The position numbers were made by a program, and so were the translations under genes. A stretch of 61,439 nt of DNA, counting the filler, from Choristocarpus tenellus KU-1152 (taxonomy: Eukaryota > Protista > Phaeophyceae): assembly GCA_964200185.2 (NCBI GenBank). It is 7 parts of 7 records of this genome, joined end to end, with 100 filler letters (N's around TTAATTAATTAA, not from the genome) between each part and the next. Parts side by side here need not be neighbours in the genome. Positions count along the whole stretch, not along the records: positions 1 to 5,194 come from CAXNAD020011549.1; positions 5,295 to 36,856 come from CAXNAD020000080.1; 5 more parts are not named here. The stretch is one strand, 5' to 3'. Under the pieces are notes generated by a model. That model searched no databases. It had not been told where the DNA came from and saw nothing but the letters and a program-made list of their open reading frames with translations. Positions 1 through 13,680 of the stretch are shown here, in pieces. Positions within the stretch are counted from its first letter, which is position 1. The number at the start of each line of letters is the position of its first letter.

Positions 1-3000
1 GCAGGGTGGTTTTGGGGGTGGGCTTGTTGGCTAAGTTTGGAAAGGGGGGTGCTGTCAACAATTTCTTGTTTTGGTGGTGGCCATAGCCCCCCCCCCCCTC
101 CCCCCCTCCCTCCACCCTGTATCCCTACCACCTGTTGAGGAGGGAAGTGAGAAGGTTTTGGTTGGGTGTCATATATTTGATGTCTTTTCCTATGGGAAAC
201 CATGTGTATCAGTTGTGGATGGTCATTATGTTAGTAGGAACATGGAAGGTTGTGCTACAGAGATTGGAGGGGAGGGGTATGTTGGGAAGGTGTTGCCCTG
301 AGTTATTTATGGTCAGTTTGGTGAGGACAGTTGAGGCAAAGCGATGAGAAAGTGTCTATTTTCTTGCTGGCCCTGGCCCTCGTCCAACCCTTGTCTCTCC
401 TGCCCACTCCCCTTGGGTTTTGTCCTATTTTCCTTGGTTGTACGTAAGGTGGTTCTTAATAATTGTGTGCTGAGTATACTTATTTTCTGCATGTGACAAG
501 AGAGAAGGAACCAAGGAGGCAAAGAAGGGCCCGTTAGCTAATTTGTGGTTCTTGTTGAGTGTTTCCAGCAATCTACATGTTGAGGTTTGTTTGTGGATGT
601 GTGGGTGTGCAAGACTGATACCACACAGGGAAAGTTTATAACTGCTTTTTTTTTTTACGTTTGATGTCCTGGCTCAGATGGNNNNNNNNNNTGTGTGGGT
701 GTGAGAGACGGATACCGCCCCGGGAAAGTTTATAGCTGCTTTTTTTTTTTTACGTTTGATGTCCTGGCTCAGATGGATGGATAATAGATGGTTGCCTTTA
801 AAAGGAAATGTGCCAATGAGTTGATAGTGTTCTGTCTGGTATGGTGTGGCAATATCATGAGAGAACTGACAGTGATAATTGCTCTTTTGGGGGATGGGCG
901 GGGGGGTGACTCAGGAAGGGCATAGACTTGGGCGGCAGCAAGGTTTACATAGCAACTTAACTTAGCTGCTGTGTGGTGCCCCACTGTTGATGTGAATGTA
1001 TGCTGTACTTAGGTTTACATCTACAGTACCTGAATTGTGGTTGAGCATGTTATTGATACATCACATGCTCTGTGGCTGGACCAAAGGATGCTCACCGTCG
1101 GTGGAATGTAGACATCATGCAGTACAGATTGGCTTAACTAGGATGCACAGCCGGGTTGGTTAGGCAAATACACGTGCATGGGGTACACATACTTGTTGTG
1201 CAACATATGCAAATGCCTTCCAGTTGTTTTTACCCTTTCTTCACTTATGAGCTGCCCCCAGTGGTTTCTAGAAGAGAGTACGTGTATTTTTTTGTATGGT
1301 GATGAGAGGGGTGATTATTTGAACCCTCATTGTATCTCATCGGACAACTGTATACGGTACTTGCTATCCGTAGTGTTTTACTTGCTTATTGTTTTTCCTT
1401 GTAGGCACAGCAAAGTATAGCGCCGTATGAGTGGAAATGTGGGGATTTCTTTCTTCGGTCAGGTTAGGTACTTGTGCTTGAGGGGTAAATTTTTTTAGGA
1501 GGAGTCAGGAGAGAATAGGCTTTGAAATATCTAGCAAATCTCTCTCTCGATCTCTGGTTGTACTGCACCTGAAAGTCCTGTGAATTTACATTGTTTATTC
1601 ATGGAAGCTAATCATGAGGGATCATCTTTGGTTTCGTTTCACTATTTTGTTTGATGTGCACTACTACTATTGGTACGATTGGGGACACACCTGTCTTGAT
1701 AGCTCTTTTACTGTCAAATATGCAAGGTACAATGATGCCCCCTGGTTTGTACATCATGATTTTGCTGTATCATAAGTACAGCTCGTCATGCTTGCTGCTT
1801 GATATCCTTCTAATTTTGACACTAAATGGCACTAATTTTTCTTTTTTATTGTAGGAGGGATTCAGGTGTGATGCGGGACAGAAAAACAGGAAGAGGAGAG
1901 ATTTTTTCTAAGTAGGGCTCTGCACTTCCTGTAATTTACCTACACACGCGATTAGTTTTCCATGGGTGGGCGTGAAAATATGGAAACAAGAAGTACATAC
2001 GCAACTAGGTGGATCCATTCTTGCAGAGAGATACTGTATCATTTCTTCACAGTACCCAATAAACATTAAAAAAATATCTATATAACAATGAGTTGTGAAC
2101 TCTGCTTGAAATGGTTCCACATGATGGATCATTAGCGTATATGGATTGACGTATTGAACCTACGGGGTTTCGAGCTACAGGCACGCATCCCCTTCCTCTT
2201 GGTTTCTCTCAGTGTTGTTCATATCAAGTCATCATGCTGCTTTATTAATAGATGGTCAAAGTCAGTGACCTAAGTAACTCATAGGGTTGACTATTCATCA
2301 AGGCATTTACCTCCTGCGCATTTGAGCATTGAGTTATCTACATCCCAAATGGGGAAGTTAACTCGACACTGTAACGTGGAGGTCCACGAGATGTTGGGGG
2401 AAGTTCTATGTCGAAATGGGGAATAGTGGTCTTTCACCTCCGTATGTACATCGGATGGTTTATATTCTCATCTATCCGTGACTCTATGGGGAGACCAATG
2501 CTATCAACAGAGTCAGCATGGGAATTGCATGCACATTGATCAATGGTATCTACATCATCAATACCACTAGGGTGAGGATCTGACTGTACATCGATATGTA
2601 GAATCTGTGGCACCTAGGATGACCACTTCTCAAACCATGGCTCACCCTGCTATCATTGAGGAATAAACTTGTGTCCATGCATGGGAAACATCTTGCTTCA
2701 TTCTCATCTGATTGAATTTTAGAATTCAAGTAGGGTAGGTCCGGATTGTTTTCACACCTTCTCTTCTTATAGTCTGTGGTCTTTTTGTGGTCATCCATTC
2801 TCTCTTACCTTTTGACTACGACACTGTGGGCTTTCCTGGTCAGAACAATTGACCAGGGCCAGACGTCGATTTTTTAATGTGCATGGTGAAGGAGGCCTAA
2901 TCTCAATTCCCCAGTGCAAATCGCCACTCCGACTACTACCTCATCTCAAAACCTTCTAAGAATTGCTACCAACTTGCTGCAGAACATGCAACAAACTCTC

Positions 3001-3164
3001 CAGCCACGGCTAGAAAATCTTCTTGAAGGCCATTCAATTTACTATGTTTTTCGTGTATCCTTGATCTTTGCCATTTCCCTCCCTAATACATCTGAAAAAT
3101 GGCAACGGGCACAGTATCCAAAGGGAAATTCCTTCTAGTACACCAAAAAAGAGTTGTAGTGCAT

Positions 3165-3335
3165 TTGAAAACAAGAAAAAAGATCTACCGAGGAAACTAT
3201 AGTTAAAAGCTGCTCCTAAACTGTTGCTAGGAAGATCTAGAAAAAAGGGGATGCTCTCATGAGTAAGTCAAGTCACGTTTAGCCCACTGACCAAGTGCCT
3301 CCAACTTAAACTGCATGAACGCCTGGAGATTGTTA
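3165..3335 (+). repeat. Dispersed repeat family D, copy 1 (unclassified)
   Basis: Collinear similarity to 17035-17215 (ctgctcctaaa...tctagaaa...tttagcccac...acgcctg(g/a)agattg). Confidence 0.6.
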
Positions 3336-3412
3336 TTCAAGTTGTGACTGATACAGTCTGTCGCAGGAGTGCCTTCACTGCTAAAATATTATTTGCCTTG
3401 AATGAATGTATG

Positions 3413-3480
3413 GGGTCAAAGTATCTGAGGGGGGTGGTGGTTAGTGAGGGGGCGTCCGTTTCGGCCCCGACGAGATACTC
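3413..3480 (+). mobile_element. MITE family B-like terminus, degenerate
   Basis: GGGTCAAAGTATCTGAGGGGGG matches the family B TIR start. Confidence 0.5.
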
Positions 3481-4881
3481 AAAATTATAGCAATTGTACC
3501 ATCAACCTCTCAGCCCACGTCACAACGCAATGGGCCTCAGATGTCGGAGCGAACCTCCAGATAGGCGAGCACAGGAGGTTCATGAGGAAGATATTTCCAC
3601 ACTGCAGTCGCGAGAAGACTGAATCCATATTGATAGGAGAGAGTGTGGTGGGCAGCAGATCACACGTGCCTAACATCCTCGACATATTCCGTTGGATGGT
3701 GATTAGGAAGAAGAGGTTGGGAGAAGGTGCTGGACGGATCAGACCGTTCAGTCTCGTGGAAATGACGGACGTTATTCGGAACCTAGCTTTATTGTGGACG
3801 TTTTCACTTCTACCAGAAAGGGCGGAGACGAGGAAAATGCAGTGCCATCTAATACGAGGCATGGGGATGACGATGAAACGTCCACGCATGGTGATGACGA
3901 CTGCGTCACACAGGACACGGTCAGCTCCGGCGATGCATCCGTCGTGGGGATCATCAGAGCCTTTATGGAGGCATGCATTACCGAGCTCCTACGATCGGCA
4001 ACAAAACCTGTATCTTCGGTGAGCAGAGTGCAGACACAGATCCTAACCCAGGTCATATACGACCAATGGTTAAGGCTCGTAAAGGTTGGTAGAGCGGCCA
4101 AAAATCTTGTTTTGGGGGATGACTGCTACGTCGCCCACACAGCTAAAACTCAGCGGTTGTGGAGGGAAACCCAGCAGCACATTGCGTCCAGAGCATATGG
4201 AAGCACTCCGTCAAAGGAAGGCCATCTTCATGAGCCTCGTGAAGCCTGAACGGTGGAATGACAGGTACTCCACGCACCTAAATCTCTGGCACCCTGTAAC
4301 CGAGGCATACCCAAAACTTGTAGGTGGTGGGAGAAGGGTGAGGAATGCCATTTCGACTCCGCCCACCAATTGAAATAGGGCTTCAGTCATCTCAGTTTTT
4401 ATTCAAGTACGGGTTGAGTTATTTGTGTCTGATTTGTGCATCAGTTTACCTTGCCTTGGTGTCCGACTAACATGTTCATGCAGTTTCCATCAGATGGGTT
4501 ATGGATTTAAACAGTGGTATCTATTGAAACCTGAATCGAATGCATTGTACGTGTAAGCAAAATGCATAGACTACGAGCGATGAGGAATCAAAGCACCGAT
4601 GTATTTATTCTGTTGTAACTGAGGTCATTGTCAAGATTGATGCGATGTGAATTCAGTATTCTTAATTGCTCGATCCAGAATAATGTGATATGAATTCAGT
4701 GTTCTTTCATGATATACCCATCGAAAGAAGTCCATGCTCTGTGGAGAAGCTTGTTACCTTGGTTGGCAAGGGTTTCCGCGGATGATTTTAACTCTGAGTA
4801 TATTACATCCATGTGTGTGTTTTGTACACAGTTTACAGAGTGAGTTTGGTGCATTTTGAGGGATCAATGGCAGTCACGAAA

Positions 4882-4980
4882 GTTTCAAAGTATCTTCGAG
4901 GGTAGAGCCACGTCCGTTTGGGGTCCAAAATCCAATGCTGCGATTTTGATGTAGTTTTGGCTATCATATTTGTTAGAACA
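4882..4980 (+). mobile_element. MITE family A, truncated (left ~100 bp)
   Basis: CAAAGTATCTTCGAGGGTAG...CAAAATCCAATGCTGCGATTTTGATGTA matches the full copies. Confidence 0.8.
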
Positions 4981-5194
4981 GCCTCCCAGCAAAATTGAGG
5001 ATGGAGCATACTATCTATGGAGGATGGGTTTGACCCAAAATGGTGCGCGGAAAGTGCCCATATGTTTTTTTTTTTGTAAATGTTGCGGCACTTTTTAAGG
5101 GCCCCTTTTTTAATGGGAATCCGTGCCGAAGGTGGTAGTAGGACAGTGTGCGGGGGGCGGCAATGATTTCGTTTGATCATCGGGCATATGTATG

Positions 5195-5294
5195 NNNNNN
5201 NNNNNNNNNNNNNNNNNNNNNNNNNNNNNNNNNNNNNNTTAATTAATTAANNNNNNNNNNNNNNNNNNNNNNNNNNNNNNNNNNNNNNNNNNNN
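5195..5294. other. Artificial contig spacer
   Basis: 44N + TTAATTAATTAA (stops in six frames) + 44N; identical at six sites. Confidence 0.98.
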
Positions 5295-5321
5295 CCCCCC
5301 CCCTCCCAGATACTTTGGGTC
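5295..5321 (+). mobile_element. MITE family B TIR at contig start
   Basis: poly-C + AGATACTTTGGGTC. Confidence 0.75.
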
Positions 5322-6515
5322 ATCACCTGTGTTGCTGTGTCATGGTCCAAGTCCCTACTGGGCATGATGGAGGACCTCATCTCATGGTGTACTTTGTGAT
5401 TTCAGTACAAATTTTATTGCGCATTTGAATTTCTGTTCATTTAGTAACAGGTAGATTTGGAATCCATTCCAAGTGGAAACTTATGGTTGCCTGTTGTACT
5501 CCCAGAACCTTCTCCCAATTGCAAAAGGAGTTGCATAGTCACTAATCACTATTCAAGTGGCCTAGTCCAACGAGGTTGCTCCCCTGCTCACAGACAGTCC
5601 CATATCCCTCTCGTGATTAATGGTTTAGATGCCTGATTCAATGTGTGTTTGTGGGGGGAAATTAAGGTCCTGAGCACACCGCTACACCAGGCGATGTGCA
5701 GATATCGCTTCCCCTCCCTGCCTTACGCCCCTATTCACGGATGCACCAGTGCCTTCATGCCACAGGTGCACAGGAAATATATATTTTGGAGAGTTTAATA
5801 CCTCCTGTTTGACACATTAACGGATAGGACTGAGGTGTACTATCCCCCCCCTCCTCAACTTTCAGGGAAGCATCAAAGGTGCTCTAGGTAAAGAGATTTC
5901 TGTTGCCTGGTTCTTCAAGGTGTGGTCCCACGTATGCAATAGCATTTTTTCTTAAATATGGAGTATCCTCCCCTCTTCCATAACCTCCTCCGACTGATCT
6001 TAGGCCCTGGGAACCAGTATTATCGCAGATCAAAACACAACAAATATGTACAGGTATTTGTATGTCAAAGTTGAAGGAGTGGAGAAGATGTACATATCAT
6101 TTTTAACTGAGAGTCTTGTATCACAAATCGTCTATTCGGTACAACTCATTCCCCCTTTGTCGTTATAAACTTGTCAGTCCGTACACATGATTTGTAGATA
6201 TCACTCCCGATTTCGGCAACATGTACAAACGATTTGTCCCTGTGCATGGAGATAAGAAAATCGTGCGTTCCTTGTCTGTCCCTATATCACCTTAATATGC
6301 AAATTTTATGTGGCAATTTAACAGAAAACAACAATTGTGTACAAATATTACCTTACAGGGATGTATTGATGGCAAATAACAGTTGGGTACAAATCCTACA
6401 TTACTATTGATAACATTGTAAATACGTACTGTACTGTAGTATTTGGTTTCCTTGTTCTATGATATTAACTTCATTGGTTTTTCCTCCGACATATCTATAA
6501 GATATCAGAGGGTAC

Positions 6516-6820
6516 TGTGAGAGCCATCTTCCAACTAAGGTACACCTTTAAGGTGACCTATCTTGAAGATCTGTTGTTCATATGGCATCTGTTTTTGCAT
6601 GTTGAAGATAATATCTGCTCGAATTAAAAACTGGGTGGTTTGAGGGGACCTTGCAACCCCCCCCCTCCCATTAACTTCTTCACTTGTTCACTCTTTCCTG
6701 AGTGATCTTCTGAGGGATTGCTCTCCTTCCCCCCTTGTCTCTCTCCCTTTTCTTGCCTCCTGTGGGTCTTCCCACTCCCTTCAGTCTGAAGAACCTGTCG
6801 GCCTGTTTCCATCTTTTCAA
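6516..6820 (-). repeat. Dispersed repeat family C, copy 1
   Basis: Reverse complement aligns over ~300 bp with 54838-55139; both give the same pseudo-ORF (TGRQVLQTEG...QKITQERVNK...LQGPLKPPS). Confidence 0.85.
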
Positions 6821-9800
6821 CGTACCACTATATATTATTACACAAAAAATTAGGTCCAACATTTGTCTCTGGTTGCAAGAGCTGTACTACAGTCGTAACT
6901 CCAGTCATAAGCTCATCTCCTGTTGGCTTCTGGAGATAGAGAAAGACACAACAAAAAGATGAAGAGATGAAACTTGTGCGGGACTCTGACTTCAAGCCAC
7001 AAGGTAGAGGAATCCACTTGGGCTATTTATAAGATCCTTCTGATGCAGAGTTTCAAATGATATTATCTGCATTTTGCATACTCAGACAACGAAATTCGTA
7101 CTTTCAAGTATGCGTGGTTGATGTTATTTTTCACGGGGTGTAAGTTTTGCTTGCATATGAATAATGTGTAAGACAACATGAGCGTTAAGTCGTGGTCAAA
7201 TTCGTAGTAGCACAAGCTCTGCATCTGCTATAAAAAGATCATCGCGATCACAAAGGGGGGCATGGACATCTTGGCCCTATCGTCAAACAAAGAAATTCCA
7301 GTATCAAGTTGATGCTTCACCACTGAGATCATCCCCTCTGACCGCTGTGTTGCTGCCATCCCCAGTGTCAATGCTGTTGATCAAAAGCAAAGAGCCTGTT
7401 TCTCTTCTTGTGGACATGATTCCATCACTGTACTTTTGACAGAACACCTGACTAGTTCGAGCACATCTGATACCAATAGATACAAGAATGGACAAAAATA
7501 ACTCAACGACATCACACAACATAAGTGGGCACCTGAATCCCAATGAAGTCACCAGTTGCAAATATCACTCTCTGTCCCACCACTGGTAGTGAATATGATA
7601 TGTGATAGTAAGGCTAGTTGGTGTAAATATATGTTCCAGTTAGTGTGGTTCAGAAATGAGGAGAGAGAGTTAGAGAGGGGGACAGAGAGCTAAGGTTGAC
7701 CAGGGGTAGACGATGGGAATTGTACCATAATCCTGGTAGTAGAAAAACAAAACAGGTTGCGGATATACATATATCCCATTCACTCAACGCCAAACGAAGG
7801 CTATTCTATGGGTGTGCACCCACTGTGGCCCATGGTACCAGCCTGTTTTTCTGGTCTCTCATGTTGCTTTTTATACCATGTTCTACTTGCCCTCGAAGTT
7901 GCATGAACTTTTATTGTAAGGATGAGGTGAGAAGAGTCATGTTGTTGGATCTCAGATAAGAGTGGTGCAAAACAAATCGTGTAAGTTGAGTTTTCAAGCA
8001 GTATGTGCGTCCATAGTTATTTACAACTGTATGACCACCACAGAAAAAGATTTGAGAGGAAGGGTACAGAGGTCGAGACAAGGTAGCTTGTCAACTCCAT
8101 CAGCAGTCTGAAACATGCAACAACAAAAAATCCTCCATAGGCACAACGTTGTGCTGGTGCTGCTCTCGCCAGGAGGTCTTTGTCCGAGTGGGGTAGTGCG
8201 TAATCAACAACGAAAACTTCTATATACTACTCATTGCTGGCTCCTAACGGTGACCTGGAGTAAGGGGACCTTCACTTACATTCTTGTTATATACCCACTG
8301 CCATGTTGCAGATTTGGGGAAGAAAAGACTTGAATTGTAGTAGAAGAACATCACAATTCTTTAATAACACTCATCGGAGGAAGGGTGAAGTATTACAGGG
8401 TCTACTTGCCTTGTGAAGATTGTCTCGTAGAGATATTAACATACTATCAATATGGGTTTGTAGCTTGGATTTATATCTCCTACAAAGTTAATCCGACCAA
8501 GACAATTTGCAAATTCACATTGGTTGAGTCCGTGTATATTTACTTCACCAATTATGTGCTGCGTACACAGACGCAGCATGCAGCAAAACAGATTCACTTT
8601 CTATTTTTCTATGGTCAGTACAGACCGCAACTAGAAATACATGCAGTTTGCTCCATGGTACTGCCGTGCCCTAGTTGGGGCCTAACCAGCAGGCACAACT
8701 TTATTAACAACGAACATTTAATATGCACAATTCGCAGCATATTTCAAATGTAAAATACAGGAAAAGGGTACAGTAATTTGCAAGAATCTGATACTACTGA
8801 GGGCATAGACAAAACAACAAGAACTTTGCAGTGTAAAAGAATGAACACTATAAGACTAGCAGCAGCATGTTCAATCCAGGACCACACCCTAACAATAAGA
8901 GACTTGGGTAGTGGAGCAGTGACTGGGCTTCATCCTTTTTTTTTTGTGGTCCTTGATTTTCCTCCAACCTTTGGTACCCTGTCCTTTTTGAGGACCCTGA
9001 CACCCTCTAGAAGGAAAGGGCCGTTCTTCTCCTTGAATATGAAGTTGTACAGATCTTCGTCTATGACAGGTGGCGTGGATTCCATGGAAACAATCGCTGG
9101 GGGAGTAAGAATGCAGACAACAACGCGGTCAGGCGGGGCAGGATGTGTGAGTGGAGTGTGCTTGAGCAAGCGAAAGGATTAATAAGGCAACTGACATTGC
9201 AGGCTTGGCCACAGAGCAGTACGAAACAGAAAGATCATGATTAAAGAATGCCTTTACGGGAATACAGTCTAATAAAGACCAAGCAGGGTTAATGTAGCTC
9301 CTACCAACTTACCATGCATATATACATGCAACAGAGTCAGGTAGAGCAGGAGAGCACTCACTGGTACCACTAGCACATGTGAATAGAGGAGTTGGGGAAG
9401 GGAAGAAATACTCTTACGATCAGCTCTGCTCTCATGCCGACCTGTTTTTCATTTCATTTTACACTACTCCGGGATCACCTTGTGTGCAAGGTGTCGAGAA
9501 AGGCGAAATTGTCTCAGAGATTCAAATATATAAAACGACCTCTGTAGTCATGCTCCGAGTTAGGTATGGTGGAGAACGGATCACAACCTCTCTCCCCATA
9601 CTGAGCAATGAAACCCTTTCCACTCACCAATTTCTTCCCCAATGTAGAAAAAGCCCTTCACACATATGTCGTATAAGACACTGCAAGCTACTCTTGTTCC
9701 AACTGAATAGATGTTGTTAATTACACCCTTTTTCCAGACACCATCAGATTTTACATGGACACGATCCCCCACAAAAGGATTGCTACTCCAGCGCTTGTGC

Positions 9801-12494
9801 TGGAGTTGATGCTTCAATATTCTTGGGTGGTTGGCCGGGTCACCTACATCCAGGCGGGGCCAGTCCCTGGGAAAAGGTGAGGAAGGTCAGTTCCATGAAT
9901 GTGCATGTACTGCTATATCTACATATCATACCTACACCCAATGACAGCGACATCATGCTCACTACTAGAAATCGTGCTACTCTGACTTTTCTCAGGCTAT
10001 AGGCAATTCTGTTGTCCAACAATTGTATCCATGTGCCGATCAATCTGGAGCAGGATGTCAAAAATACATTTGTCAGAGTCCGTAGAACAATTTGAATAGG
10101 AAAGAAACTGATGTTGGATGAACTATTGCTGGTACATGTGTATATTGACAAGAAAGCTTACAGCATCCTACCGATCTGCTGATACCCCCAATATTATTAT
10201 ACCCCCAACATTTTAGGTGATGGGAATCTGTGGTTTGACCGTGAAACTGTCGGTGTGCTGATTTGATTACTATAGTTGATATTATGCTCTGGAGGCAAAC
10301 AAACCAACCACACACCCGTCACAGGAGGGTTTGTACAGGAAAGATTGGACCCTTAACCAAATCATTGCCAGTTGGTGTGACTCACTAGAGTAGATGGTAC
10401 TGCTTGTACAGCCGATGTACGTGATGATGATATATACCTGGAAATTATTTTATTCTTCTAAGTACACACATACTACTTAGCATATGCATACATAGTACAG
10501 AGTGTACACACAAGCAATCATTTGCCACTGGCGAGCACTGGACACATCACTGGTGTGCAATATCCAACATCAAACCCTCGATGAACTCCTGCATAAAAAA
10601 GGGAGAAAAAAATCTACAAGGCAGCAGCAAGAGTCCTATAAATAATGTCAACGGTTTTTAGAGTGTATCAATGTAGGGTATTTGTGGGAGGAATGCATCC
10701 CATTTTATCAGTTTGCCGTAAGGACCATGATATTGTTTAAATGGGTACTTTTTGCATCGTGACTACTGCGAGACATTGTTCACTTTGTGCTTTGCAGCAC
10801 ACTATATCTCAGACTATTCACGCAGTAGGAGGTTTTTGTACATGTACAGGGGCTAATTATGGTGTTCAATTCTTGCCTCTTGTCCAGGATGAAGAAGCTG
10901 AATTCTTCTATAGTAGGTTATCCAGACACATCACAGCCTACCTAGAGTACCCAGGACTACTTCGAATGAGGTATACCATCCTCACTCGGAGAATGTGTAC
11001 GCGACAAGGCCAATATCTTGGAAATGGATGGCAATGAGGAAATGAGATTGGAGCTTTCTGAGGCGGTTAGCTCACAATTTGCAGGCACATCCCCCCTCTT
11101 GATGCAAGTGAGGCCTGCTTGTCTGTTGAGCACATGTGTTCTTAGGGCAGGCAGTGCAGGGTTCCTTCTTATAGGAAAATATCCTATCATCAAGCCTTAC
11201 ACCGAGACTTTGAATTGGAGTGGTGATTTGTTGTTCTCCCTCCCCTCCAATGGACGATGCAACCTATTTGTGTATCAACGGAGTTACGCACACACACGAG
11301 TAATAGGTGGTATGAGGTTTTTGCATTTTGGAGAGCAGGATACCTCTATGTTCATTCACCCCCTATGCATAGCGGTGTCTGTGTCGTTCAATGGTCGCAC
11401 CCCGTCAAGGGGTAGGGAACGACTGTGGGAAGTGAAGGCGAAACTCGAAGAAACGGACAATTAGGTGGAGATATCGAGTTGCATGCCCACACAAAGGAGG
11501 ATACCACCTAAACCTTGGAGGGAAAATATCGTTAAAGCTAGTGGGCGAAACGAATGTGGACAACAAGGGGACGTTTCGGTGCCGAATTTACAATCTTCGC
11601 AACAACCACTCCCGATGGCATCACTATCACCTGTTCAGGTCGAGGAGAAGGAAGACCTCCTTGGGACAATGCGAGTAGTACGGACGAGGCCTCACCCTCA
11701 GCTGCTTGATACCCCTGAGAAATCGCAATCACTATCGGGTTTCTGGGGCCCACATCGAGAAGAAGTGCCTTTTCTTTGGGTACCCCGACATCCGACTCGG
11801 GCGGGACGATGTGGTGATCGGTTTCTAGAGGTGTTAAGAAGGTTGATTCATGCGCAAAAAGGGGCGGGGACAGGCGGGTTCTGGATGATTACGTTTTATG
11901 GGTTGGAACATGAGGTACGGTGGATCCGTTACCTTAGGCACTAAGCACAGGATCATAGGAATAGGAATGGCTTGCCGATCACCATTTGGAGCACTCAAGA
12001 AACCGTCCAGAGTCCACTTAAACAATGCCAATAGTATTTTTTTTTTAGCAACTACTGGTGCGTCACGTGCCCAAGACTGTTACCCACCCCCCTGTTCATC
12101 CTGGAGGGAGTTCATCTGCTCAAAGCTCCGTCGCGCTGTATCGTGTGTGAATACCTCGAGGATCGTTCCAGATGTTGGCAGAATGAGTGGGCGTAGTATG
12201 GATGGGTTGACGGGTTGGTGGGCGTTGACCAATCATCTTCTTTCTGACTAGTAACGTATTCATATGGAAACCCACACTTTAATTTTGATAGACTTAAATG
12301 TAAATATCGAATCGATGGAGTGGGTGGAACGATACGGTTGATTGTGATAAAGGTGTCTTTTTTTATGAAACCCATCTATATACGAAGTAAAATTGGGACG
12401 GACCTATCAACATCCTTTAATCAATTTGTATCTGTAACTGCACAGGTCCCTGTTTTACGAAGGGCGATGCCCTTCAAGCTGAACACTAATTTAA

Positions 12495-12720
12495 TCGGGG
12501 GCCTTACTTGGGATTCTTCCCTCCCTCCTCACCCAACTTCTAAGGGCTACCTTGGATGGAGGCATAGTAATATGAACATAAGTTCTAAATTTCTCATTGG
12601 ACCCTTGTGTATAGTTTTATCTTTTTTAGAAGTCTTTCGAAACAGAAAAGTTGTAGTCTAGTTTTTGATTTTTTCCACCCCTTGATACATGAATTTGCAC
12701 AATGTTAGTGGGCATAACAC
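12495..12720 (+). mobile_element. 3' UTR remnant of RLE-type LINE
   Basis: TTGGGATTCTTCCCT...AATGTTAGTGGGCATAA shared with the ends of 12900-13680 and 14380-15270. Confidence 0.65.
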
Positions 12721-12899
12721 AGTAGTAGTAATAGTAGTGCAAATAAAATATAGAAGTGATAACTCTAACCTGTCACCCGAGCCAGTGTGGGGAAGGGTCC
12801 AATATATATATGAGACTCCACAGAACCCTTAGAACTAGCATGCCAGATTCCTCAAATAGATTTTAGACTCACCTCCAGCAGATCTCTAGGGAGAGAGGA

Positions 12900-13680
12900 G
12901 GTCCTATCCAACAAGTGCATGGTGGCCAGGTGTGGGAGGCACAACGTTTACGATGGGCAGAAACTTTTGTGTGGATGTGGTGTTCCATGCTAGGGCACTA
13001 TTGGATGCTGGCTCAGCCCCCTACCAGGACAAAGACCTACTTCTGGATGCTGCTTTTGTAGAGGTTCAAGCACCCTGTGATTCGACCCACTCATCATCCA
13101 CCAGCAAGGGTGTGTGTAGCTACTGCTGCAGTCGAGGAGCAAAAGGATACCCACTACGAAGGATTTTCCCTTCTTAATCTCACATCTCTTTGGGGTGGAA
13201 AGTCGTGGACACCTTGGTAAGCAAGCAGAGAGTTTCCTGGATGAGTTGGCCAACTATGCAGGAGGGGGAAGAGGGACTGGGGGGTATTGCTGGAACAGGG
13301 CTGTCAAGTCTCATTTGAGACAGATAAGTGTCGGTCACTGCACAAGTTGCCCTCTTGAGACACGTTGTGAGTCTTAAGGTAGGAATATTGGGTAGGTGGC
13401 CAAGAAGACGCCTGACAGATTCTTGGGATGCTTCCCTACCTCCTCGCCCACTATCATAGGTCTAGGTTAGATGCATAGATATGCGCTACACTCCGGAGCG
13501 TTAGTAGATAATATCCAAGGGGGCATTGTTATATGATTAGTTTCCAAATAGTACACATTCTAGGGAGGTATCTTAGCATTGACAACAACCACTATATCTA
13601 CAGTACTCTTTGTCATATAGTTTTGGTCTCGGGTTTTCCTTCCTCCTGACACATCCGCAAAATATCAGAGGGCGTAATCA
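12900..13680 (+). mobile_element. Decayed 5'-truncated non-LTR retrotransposon (CRE/NeSL-like restriction-like endonuclease C-terminus plus 3' UTR)
   Basis: Broken ORF DVVFHARALLDAGSAPYQDKDLLLD...FGVESRGHLGKQAESFLDELA...HLRQIS resembles the C-terminal E-x-x-G-x-x-G-x-x-A-x-x-F-L motif of RLE LINEs; paralog at 14380-15270; conserved 3' tail. Confidence 0.7.

Noticed and set aside
598-781. ~85-bp direct duplication
   Set aside because: The copies flank a 10-N gap; most likely unmerged overlapping contig ends. The same applies to the duplicated MITE-B start around 43764-43773.
10900-12260. Cluster of 115-160 aa ORFs
   Set aside because: No recognisable motifs or splice chain; probably decayed repeat, cannot be assigned.
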